64,000 nucleotides of DNA. Origin: Eledone cirrhosa. Lineage: Eukaryota. Made by a program: the position numbers and the translations under genes. The stretch is taken from contig OZ024742.1 in NCBI GenBank assembly GCA_964016885.1, forward strand, positions 284,704,001 through 284,768,000, written 5' to 3'. This document shows, piece after piece, positions 49,168 through 61,900 of this stretch. The notes under the pieces were generated by a model, which worked only from the letters and a program-made list of their open reading frames with translations, searched no databases and had not been told where the DNA came from. Within the stretch, counting starts at the first letter, position 1. Each line of letters starts with the position of its first letter.

Positions 49168-52100
49168 TTGTTTCGGCTGCGGATGGCCTACATAACCCCA
49201 AACTCATTCCCCTCACCCCTCCCTGCGCCCCATCCTCCAAACACAATCCAAAACTTCAGAATTGGTACCATGAACGTAGGCACCTTAAAAGGCCGCTCTA
49301 ACGAGATTGTAGAATATCTTGAACATGAGGAGGTTGATGTTTGTTGTATCCAAGAGACCAGGTGGAGGGGCAGGTCTGCTAGATTTATTGTGGGTAAAAA
49401 ACGTTGCTATAAGCTTTTCTGGGTGGGAAATGACAATGGGATAATTGGGGTAGGAATCATGTTAGCAGAAAAATGGGTGGATAAGATAATAGATGTAAAT
49501 AGAGTGAATGACAGAATAATTAAAATAAGACTTGGTCTAAACAGAACTACTGTGACAGTAATATCTGCATACGCACCCCAATCCGGACTGCCAGGCGCTA
49601 TAAAAGACAGATTCTATTAGACACTGATGCTCACTACCTCCCAAATAACTGACAGTGACTATATAATTATTGCTGGTGACCTAAATGGCCACGTTGGACA
49701 ACATTGTGACGGCTATGACGGAATCCACGAGGCTATGGGTTTGGTACTAGAAATGAGGAAGGCTCCAGAATCCTGGAATTCTGTGATGAAAACAACCTAA
49801 CTATCTGTAACACTAACTTCAAAAAACGAGACAATCACTTGATCACCTACAGATCAGGGGAACATGCAAGCCAGGTAGATTATATCCTTACCAGAAGACG
49901 TGACAGAGTGTCTGTTGTAAACACTAAATCCCTCCCCCATGAAGAATGCACCTCCCAACATAGACTGATAATTAGCGACCTCATAGCCAGGACGAGACGT
50001 ACTAGACAGCAGAAGATGACTATTCTCAGGAGAAAAATATGGAAGCTAAAGGATCCCACAGCCAGAAATAAATTTTAAAGCATATTACTTGATGCTTTCG
50101 ACAGTAAGGAAGAGCAATTAGAGTCGTACAAGGTAGAGGAACAGTGGGAATTCCTGAAAGCAAACCTGCTGATGGCGGTAGACGAAGTCTGTGGCTGGAG
50201 CAGGCCTGTAGGCAGGAGGAGAGTAACATGGTAGTGGAACAGTAACGTGGAGGGGTCAATCAAGGCCAAAAAGCAGGCTTGGAAAGCATGGCGGGATGGG
50301 GGAAGTAGAGAAGACTATCAAGTGGCCAGGAGGGAAGCTAGGAGACAAGTGTACTTCGCAAGAAGGGAAGCAGAGGAAAGAAAGTTTAAGCATGTTCTAC
50401 AACGCGAGGACCAAAAACATGAGGTGTTCAGGATTGCTAGGCAATGTGTCAAGGAAAACCATGATATTGTCGGGGAGAAGTGTGTACGTAACGATGATGG
50501 CGTACTTGACATCACTGACGCTGATAAGAAGGTAGCTTGGAAGTGTCACTACGAAAAGCTACTAAATGAGGAAAATAAATGGGAGAAAGACAGTCTTCCC
50601 CACATCGACCCAATAGAGGGACCAGCAGTGTTAGTCGAAGGTAGTATAATAAGTAAGGCAATCAAAGATATGAAGACGGGTAAGGCGGCTGGGCCTTCGG
50701 AAATAGTTGCTGAGATGCTGTAAGCCTCTGGAACGGTGGGACACACCATGGTCACCCGGATAGTAAACCAAGTCATACAGAATGGGGTTGTTCCAAAGGT
50801 CTCGCGTAGCAGCATCATCGTTAACTGTTACAAGGGTAAAGGAGACGCCCTAGATAGGAGTAACTATAAAGGCATTAAATTAATCGACCAGGTCATGAAG
50901 GTCACGGAAAAAGTAATAGCGCAACTAATCAGAGAGAGAATTGATCTAGATGAAATGCAGTTCGGGTTTGTGTCAAGCAAAAGTACCACAGACGCTCTTT
51001 TCATTGTACGACAACTACAGGAGAAGTACCTAGCTAAAAGTAAACCCCTATACTTAGCTTTTGTCGACTTGGAGAAAACCTTCGACAGAGTCCCCCGTTC
51101 CATTATCTGGTGGGCTCTTAGAAAACTAGGTGTTGACGAATGGCTTGTGAGATCTATACAAACCATGTATAAAGAAACAGTCAGCAAGGTTAGAATTAAC
51201 AACGAATATAGTGAAGAGTTTAGCGTAAAAGTTGGTGTCCATCAGAGCTCTGTTCTTAGCCCCCTACTATTTATTATTGCCCTTCAGGCTATAACAGAGG
51301 AGTTCAAGACCGGCTGCCCATGGGAACTCCTATACGCAGATGATCTAACGCTCATAGCTGAATCAATGGCCGAGCTAGAGAAGAAATTCCAAACATGGAA
51401 GCATGGCCTAGAATCATAAGGCCTTAAAATTAACCTGGCTAAGACTAAAGTTCTAGTTTGTAGGAAAGAAAATAAGGCGCCGGTCCCTTCCGGGAAATGG
51501 CTATGCTCAGTGTGTAGGAAAGGCATAGGTAGAAACTCCATTTTATGTGTCAAATGCAAAGTATGGGTGCATAAAAGATGTAGTGGGATCACAGGTAAGC
51601 TAACTAAGAACACAGATTTTACATGTGGCCGGTGCTCTGGTGCAATAAGTAGCAGCAAGTGCCCACGAAATACTAGCTCTTTCAATTGCGCAGAGGGTTC
51701 TATAGAAATAGTGGACAGCTTCCGTTACCTGGGTGACAAAATCAGCAGTGGGGGAGGGTGCTCTGAAAGTACAGTAGCTAGAGTCAGAACTGGATGGAAA
51801 AAGTTCAGAGAGCTTATACCACTATTAGCCGCTAAAGGGTTCTCCCTAAAAATGAAAGGGAGGTTGTATGATGCCTGCATACGAACAGCAATGTTGCATG
51901 GCAGTGAGACCTGGGCATTGTGTGCAGAGGATATACGCAGATTAGAGAGGAACAAAGCTTGCATGCTCCGCTGGATGTGTAATAGTAATATACGTGAACG
52001 GCAAAGCATAAACGAACTAAGGAAATAATTAGAAATAAGAGGGATCAGATGTTGTTTACTCGAGAGAAGGCTACGTTGGTATGGTCACGTGATGCGCATG

Positions 52101-52289
52101 AAAGACGACGTTTGTATAACAAAGTGCAGGGCAATAAAGATAGATGGTAGCCACGGAGTAGGCAGACCCAGAAAAACCTGGGACGAGCTGATAAATTCCG
52201 ACCTCACACACTTACAACTCTCCAAGACAATGTCACTGGACCGAGACCTTTGGCGGTACTCAGTAATAGAGAAGACCCTCCTTACCTAA
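49168..52289 (+). pseudogene. Disrupted LINE ORF: AP-like endonuclease + reverse transcriptase with PHD-like finger
   Basis: APE motifs IGTMNV, CIQET, SAYAPQ, AGDLNGH, QVDYIL, SQHRL. RT motifs GKAAGP, QFGF, FVDLEKTFDRV, GVHQSSVLSPLLF, YADD (51333-51344), FRYLG. One 1-bp frameshift at ~49729 (IH/GYGFG) and six premature stops (49618, 50076, 50232, 50721, 51417, 52026). All fragments after the frameshift share one frame. First in-frame ATG at 49183. Confidence 0.93.
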
Positions 52290-52456
52290 ATACAAAGTAA
52301 AACCTACTACAGTCAGTAGGCACCTCTAACAAAATACACCCCAGTCCCACCACCCCCACCCCATCCACACCGCCCCTTTCAATGTAAAGTTATGTTCGTG
52401 CCACAGCATCCAGGCCGAAACAAATGAGATTGTGTAGGTGTCACGACAAAAAACAC

Positions 52457-52799
52457 ACAGTCCACGCTGTAATGTGGCCGTGTAGGCAACACGGTAAAAA
52501 CCTCCCAGTCCCACACTGTAAATGTGGTTGGTGTTAGGAAGGGCATCCAGCTGTAGAAAACCCGCCAGACAGTCCACGCTGTAATGTGGCCGTGTAGGCA
52601 ACACGGTAAAAACCTCCCAGCCCCACACTGTAAATGTGGTTGGTGTTAGGAAGGGCATCCAGCTGTAGAAAACCCGCCAGACAGTCCACGCTGTAATGTG
52701 GCCGTGTAGGCAACACGGTAAAAACCTCACAGCCCCACACTGTAAATGTGGTTGGTGTTAGGAAGGGCATCCAGCTGTAGAAAACCCGCCAGACAGTCC
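52457..52799 (+). repeat. Three tandem 112-bp copies in the LINE 3' UTR
   Basis: Copies start ACAGTCCACGCTG at 52457, 52569 and 52681, followed by a 7-bp ACAGTCC remnant at 52793. Adjacent copies differ at one visible position each. Confidence 0.95.
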
Positions 52800-52882
52800 T
52801 ATGCGAGCAAGACAACCACTCTTGCCTCAAGTGGGAAAACACCCGTTCAAACCCATGCAAGCGTGGAACATGGACGTTAAAC

Positions 52883-52904
52883 GATGATGATGATGATGAT
52901 GATG
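52883..52904 (+). repeat. (GAT)7 LINE 3' tail
   Basis: ...GGACGTTAAAC-GATGATGATGATGATGATGATG-ACCACC; short tandem-repeat tails are typical of RTE-clade elements. Confidence 0.9.
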
Positions 52905-55900
52905 ACCACCACCGCCATTACTACAAACACCACCACCACCTTTACCACAAACACCACCACCACCACCACCACCACAAAAACCACCACCACCATTACTACA
53001 AACACCACCACCACCATTACTACAAACACCACCACCACCTTTACCACAAACACCACCACCACCATTACTACCAACACCACCACCAACATTACCACAAACA
53101 CCACCACCACCATTACCATAAACACCACCACCACCACCACCACAAAAACCACCACCACCATTACTACAAACACCACCACCACCATTACCACAAACACCAC
53201 CACCACCACCACCACAAAAACCACCACCACAAAAACCACCACCACCATTACTACAAACACCACCACCACCATTACCACAAACACCACCACCACCATTACC
53301 ACAAACACCACCACCAACATTACTACAAACAACACCACCACCATTACCACAAACACCACCACCACCATTACTACCAACACCACCACCACCATTACTACAA
53401 ACACCACCACCACCATTACTACAAACACCACCACCACCATTACTACCAACACCACCACCACCATTACTACAAACAGCACAACCACCATTACTACAAACAC
53501 CACCACCACCATTACCACAAACACCACCACCACCATTACCACAAACACCACCACCACCATTACTACAAACACCACCACCACCATTACCACAAACACCACA
53601 ACCACCATTACTACAAACACCACCACCACCATTACCACAAACACCACCACCACCATTACCACAAACACCACCACCACCATTACTACAAACACCACCACCA
53701 CCATTACCACAAACACCACCACCACCATTACCACAAACTCCACCACCACCATTACCACAAACACCACCACCACCATTACTACAAACACCACCACCACCAT
53801 TACCACAAACACCACCACCACCATTACTACAAACACCACCACCACCATTACTACAAACACCACCACCACCATTACTACAAACACCACCAGCACCATTACC
53901 ACAAACACCACCACCACCATTACCACAAACACCACCACCACCATTACTACAAACACCACCACCACCATTACCACAAACACCACCACCACCATTACTACAA
54001 ACACCACCACCACCATTACCACAAACACCACCACCACCATTACTACAAACACCACCACTGCCATTACTACAAACACCACCACCACCATTACTACCAACAC
54101 CACCACCACCATTACTACAAACACCACCACCACCATTACTACAAACACCACCACCACCATTACTACAAACACCACCACCACCATTACCGCAAACACCACC
54201 ACCACCATTACTACAAACACCCCCACCACCATTACTACAAACACCACCACCACCATTACTACAAACACCACCACCACCATTACTACAAACACCACCACCA
54301 CCATTACTACAAACACCACCACCACCATTACTACAAACACCACCACCACCATTACTACAAACACCACCACCACCATTACTACAAACACCACCACCTACAT
54401 TACTACAAACACCACCACCACCATTACAACAAACAGCACCACCACCATTACTACAAACACCACCACCACCATTACTACAAACACCACCACCACCATTACT
54501 ACAAACACCACCATTACTACAAACACCACCACCACCATTAATACAAAGAATACCACCACCATTACTACAAACACCACCACCACCATTACTACAAACACCA
54601 CCACCACCATTACTACAAACACCAGCACCACCATTACTACAAACACCACCACCACCATTACCACAAACACCACCACCACCATTACTACAAACACCACCAC
54701 CACCATTACTACAAACACCACCACCACCATTACTACAAACACAACCACCACCATTACTACAAACACCACCACCACCATTACCACAAACACCACCACCACC
54801 ATTACTACAAACACCACCACCACCATTACTACAAACACCACCACCACCATTACCACAAACACCACCACCACCATTACTACAAACACCACCACCACCATTA
54901 CCACAAACACCACCACCACCATTACTATAAAAACCACCACCACCATTACCTCAAACACCACCACCACCATTACCACAAACACCACCACCTCCATTACCAC
55001 AAACACCACCACCACCATTACTACAAACACCACCACCACCATTACCACAAACACCACCACCACCACCACCACCACCACCACAAACACCACCACCACCCTT
55101 ACTACAGACACCACCACCACCATTACCACAAACACCACCACCACCATTACCACAAACACCACCACCACCATTACTACAAACACCACCACTGCCATTACTA
55201 CAAACACCACCACCACCATTACTACCAACACCACCACCACCATTACTACAAACACCACCACCACCATTACTACAAACACCACCACCACCATTACTACAAA
55301 CACCACCACCACCATTACTACAAACACCACCACCTACATTACTACAAACACCACCACCACCATTACAACAAACAGCACCACCACCATTACTACAAACACC
55401 ACCACCACCATTACTACAAACACCACCACCACCATTACTACAAACACCACCACCACCATTACTACAAACACCAGCACCACCATTACTACAAACACCACCA
55501 CCACCATTACCACAAACACCACCACCACCATTACTACAAACACCACCACCACCATTACTACAAACACCACCACCACCATTACTACAAACACCACCACCAC
55601 CATTACTACAAACACCATCACCACCATTACCACAAACACCACCACCACCATTACTACAAACACCACCACCACCATTACTACAAACACCACCACCACCATT
55701 ACCACAAACACCACCACCACCATTACTACAAACACCACCACCACCATTACCACAAACACCACCACCACCATTACTATAAAAACCACCACCACCATTACCT
55801 CAAACACCACCACCACCATTACCACAAACACCACCACCTCCATTACCACAAACACCACCACCACCATTACTACAAACACCACCACCACCATTACCACAAA

Positions 55901-58900
55901 CACCACCACCACCACCACCACCACCACCACAAACACCACCACCACCCTTACTACAGACACCACCACCACCATTACCACAAACACCACCACCACCATTACC
56001 ACAAACACCACCACCACCATTACTACAAACACCACCACTGCTATTACTACAAACACCACCACCACCATTACTACCAACACCACCACCACCATTACTACAA
56101 ACACCGCCACCACCATTACTACAAACACCACCACCACCATTACTACAAACACCACCACCACCATTACTACAAACACCACCACCACCATAAACACCACCAC
56201 CACCACCATTACCACAAACACCACCACCACCATTACTACAGACACCACCACCACCATTACTACAAACACCACCACCACCATTACTACGAACACCACCACC
56301 ACCATTACTACAAACACCACCACCACCATAACTACAAACACCACCACCACCATTACCACAAACACCACCACCACCATTACCACAAACACCACCACCACCA
56401 TTACTACAAACACCACCACCATTACCACAAACACCACCACCACCATTACTACAAACACCACCACCACCATTACTACAAACACCACCACCACCATTACTAC
56501 AAACACCACCACCACCATTACCACAAACACCACCACCACCATTACCACAAACACCACCACCACCATTACTACAAACACCACCACCACCATTACCACAAAC
56601 ACCACCACCACCATTACTACAAACACCACCACCACCATTACTACAAATACCACCACCACCACTACCACAAACACTACCACCACCATTACTACAAACACCA
56701 CCACCGCCATTACTACAAATACCACCACCACCATTACCACAAACACTACCACCACCATTACTACAAACACCACCACCTCCATTACTACAAATACCACCAC
56801 CACCATTACCACAAACACTACCACCACCATTACTACAAACACCACCACCGCCATTACTACAAATAACACCACCACCATTACCACAAACACCACCACCACC
56901 ATTACTACAAACACCACCACCACCGCCATTGCTACAAACACCACCACCACCATTACTACAAACACCACCACCACCATTACTACAAACACCACCACCACCA
57001 TTACCACAAACACCACCACCACCACCACCATTACTACAAACACCACCACCACCATTACTACAAACACCACCACCTACATTACTAGAAACACCACCATTAC
57101 TACAAACACCACCACCACCATTGCAACAAACACCACCACCACCATTACTACAAAGAATACCACCACCATTACTACAAACACCACCACCACCATTACTACA
57201 AAGAATACCACCACCATTACTACAAACACCACCACCACCATTACTACAAACACCACCACCACCATTACTACAAAGAATACCACCACCATTACTACAAACA
57301 CCACCACCACCATTACTACAAACACCACCACCACCATTACTACAAAGAATACCACCACCATTACTACAAACACCACCACCACCATTACTACAAACACCAC
57401 CACCACCATTACTACAAAGAATACCACCACCATTACTACAAACACCACCACCACCATTACTACAAACACCACCACCACCATTACTACAAAGAATACCACC
57501 ACCATTACTACAAACACCAACACCACCATTACTACAAACACCACCACCACCATTACTACAAACACCACCACAACGATTACTACAAACACCACGACCACCA
57601 TTACCACAAACACCACCACAACCATTACTACAAACACTATCACAATCATTACTACAAACACCACCACCACCATTACTACAAACACCACCACCACCATTAC
57701 TACAAACACCACCACCACCATTACTACAAACACCACCACCACCATTACTACAAACACCACCACCACCATTACCGCAAACACCACCACATCCATTACTACA
57801 AACACCACCACCACCATTACTACAAAGAATACCACCACCATTACTACAAACACCACCACCACCATTACTACAAAGAATACCACCACCATTACTACAAACA
57901 CCACCACCTCCATTACTACAAACCCCACCACCACCATTACTACAAAAACCACCACCACCATTACTACAAACACCACCACAACCATTACTACAAACACCAC
58001 CACCACCATTACTACAAACACCACCACCACCATTACTACAAACACCACCACCGCCATTACCACAAACACCACCACCACCATTACTACAAACACCACCACA
58101 TCCATTACTACAAACACCACCACCACCATTACTACAAACACCACCACCACCATTACCACAAACACCACCACCACCATTACCACAAACACCACCACCACCA
58201 TTACTACAAACACCAACACCACCATTACTACAAATACCACCACCACCATTACCACAAACACTACCACCACCATTACTACAAACACCACCACCGCCATTAC
58301 TACAAATACCACCACCACCATTACCACAAACACTACCACCACCATTACTACAAACACCACCACCTCCATTACTACAAATAACACCACCACCATTACCACA
58401 AACACCACCACCACCATTACTACAAACACCACCACCGCCATTACTACAAACACCACCACCACCATTACTACAAACACCACCACCACCATTACTACAAGCA
58501 CCACCACCACCATTACCACAAACACCACCACCACCACCACCATTACTACAAACACCACCACCACCATTACTACAAACACCACCACCTACATTACTAGAAA
58601 CACCACCATTACTACAAACACCACCACCACCATTGCTACAAACACCACCACCACCATTACTACAAAGAATACCACCACCATTACTACAAACACCACCACC
58701 ACCATTACTACAAAGAATACCACCACCATTACTACAAACACCACCACCACCATTACTACAAACACCACCACCACCATTACTACAAAGAATACCACCACCA
58801 TTACTACAAACACCACCACCACCATTACTACAAAGAATACCACCACCATTACTACAAACAACACCACCACCATTACTACAAACACCACCACCACCATTAC

Positions 58901-61900
58901 TACAAAGAATACCACCACCATTACTACAAACACCACCACCACCATTACTACAAAGAATACCACCACCATTACTACAAACACCACCACCACCATTACTACA
59001 AAGAATACCACCACCATTACTACAAACACCACCACCACCATTACTACAAACACCACCACCACCATTACTACAAACACCACCACAACGATTACTACAAACA
59101 CCACGACCACCATTACCACAAACACCACCACAACCATTACTACAAACACTATCACAACCATTACTACAAACACCACCACCACCACTACTACAAACACCAC
59201 CACCACCATTACTACAAACACCACCACCACCATTACTACAAACACCACCACAACCATTACTACAAACACCACCACAACCATTACTACAAACACCACCACC
59301 ACCATTACCACAAACACCACCACAACCATTACTACAAACACCACCACCACCATTACTACAAACACCACCACCACCATTACTACAAACACCACCACCACCA
59401 TTACTACAAACACCACCACCACCATTACCGCAAACACCACCACATCCATTACTACAAACACCACCACCACCATTACTACAAAGAATACCACCACCATTAC
59501 TACAAACACCACCACCACCATTACTACAAAGAATACCACCACCATTACTACAAACACCACCACCTCCATTACTACAAACCCCACCACCACCATTACTACA
59601 AACACCACCACCACCATTACTACAAACACCACCACAACCATTACTACAAACACCACCACCACCATTACCACAAACACCACCACAACCATTACTACAAACA
59701 CCACCACCACCATTACTACAAACACCACCACCACTATTACTACAAACACCACCACCGCCATTACCACAAACACCACCACCACCATTACTACAAACACCAC
59801 CACCATTACTACAAACACCACCACATCCATTACTACAAACACCACCACCACCATTACCACAAACCCCACCACCACCATTACCACAAACCCCACCACCACC
59901 ATTACTACAAACACCACCACCACCATTACTACAAACACCACCACCGCCATTACCACAAACACCACCACCTCCATTACCACAAACACCACCACCACCATTA
60001 CCACAAACACCACCACATCCATTACTACAAACACCACTACCACCATTACCACAAACCCCACCACCACCATTACCACAAACCCCACCACCACCATTACTAC
60101 AAACACCACCACCACCATTACCACAAACACCACCACATCCATTACTACAAACACCACCACCACCATTACTACAAACACCACCACCACCATTACTACAAAC
60201 ACCACCACAACCATTACTACAAACACCACCACCACCATTACTACAAACACCACCACCACCATTACTATAAACACCACCACCACCATTACTACAAATACCA
60301 CCACCACCATTACTACAAATACCACCACCACCATTACTACAAACACCACCACCACCATTACTATAAACACCACCACCACCATTACTACAAACACCACCAC
60401 CACCAATACTACAAACACCACCACCACCATTACTATAAACACCACCACCACCATTACTACAAACACCACCACCACCATTACTACAAACACCACCACAACC
60501 ATTACTACAAACACCACCACCACCATTACTACAAACACCACCACCTCCATTACTACAAACACCACCACCTCCATTACCACAAACACCACCACCACCATTA
60601 CCACAAACACCACCACATCCATTACTACAAACACCACCACCACCATTACTACAAACACCACCACCACCATTACTACAAACACCACCACCACCATTACCAC
60701 AAACCCCGCCACCACCATTACTACAAACCCCACCACCACCATTACCACAAACCCTCCACCACCATTACTACAAACACCACCACCACCATTACCTCAAACA
60801 CCACCACCACCATTACTACAAACACCACCACCACCATTACTACAAACACCACCACCACCATTACTACAAACACCACCACCACTACCATTACTACAAACAC
60901 CACCACCGCCATTACTACAAATACCACCACCACCATTACCACAAACACTACCACCACCATTACTACAAACACCACCACCGCCATTACTACAAACACCTCC
61001 ACCACCATTACCACAAACACCACCACCGCCATTACTACAAATACCACCACCACCATTACCACAAACACCACCACCACCATTACTACAAACACCACCACCT
61101 CCATTACTACAAATACCACCACCACCATTACCACAAAAACTACCACCACCATTACCACAAACACTACCACCACCATTACTACAAACACCACCACCTCCAT
61201 TACTACAAATACCACCACCACCATTACCACAAACACCACCACCACCATTACTACAAACACCACCACCATTACCACAAACACCACCACCACCATTACTACA
61301 AACACCACCACCACCATTACTACAAACACCACCACCACCATTACTACAAACACCACCACCACCATTACCACAAACACCACCACCACCATTACCACAAACA
61401 CCACCACCACCATTACTACAAACACCACCACCACCATTACCACAAACACCACCACCACCATTACTACAAACACCACCACCACCATTACTACAAATACCAC
61501 CACCACCATTACCACAAACACTACCACCACCATTACTACAAACACCACCACCGCCATTACTACAAATACCACCACCACCATTACCACAAACACTACCACC
61601 ACCATTACTACAAACACCACCACCACCATTACTACAAACACCACCACCACCATTACTACAAACACCACCACCACCATTACTACAAACACCACCACCACCA
61701 TTATTACAAACACCACCACCACCATTACTACAAATACCACCACCACCATTACCACAATCACTACCACCACCATTACTACAAACACCACCACCGCCATTGC
61801 TACAAATACCACCACCACCATTACCACAAACACTACCACCACCATTACTACAAACACCACCACCACCATTACTACAAAGACCACCACCACCATTACTACA

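Larger units (their letters stand above)
48548..52904 (+). mobile_element. Non-LTR retrotransposon (LINE), RTE-type, apparently full length, inserted in the 24-bp array
   Basis: One long APE+RT reading frame with no ORF1 seen, RTE-type C-terminal motifs (LHGSETW, RRLRWYGHVMRM, GRPRKTW), a 3' UTR and a (GAT)7 tail. The satellite resumes immediately on both sides. The 5' boundary of the element proper is uncertain within 48548-48950. Confidence 0.92.

Noticed and set aside
50026-52860. Antisense and alternative-frame ORFs overlapping the LINE
   Set aside because: Shadow ORFs of the RT frame or of the 112-bp repeats, with no recognisable motifs.
48522-52930. Candidate ~26-bp target-site duplication around the LINE
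   Set aside because: Both flanks are satellite monomers, so matching sequence is expected and a TSD cannot be delimited.
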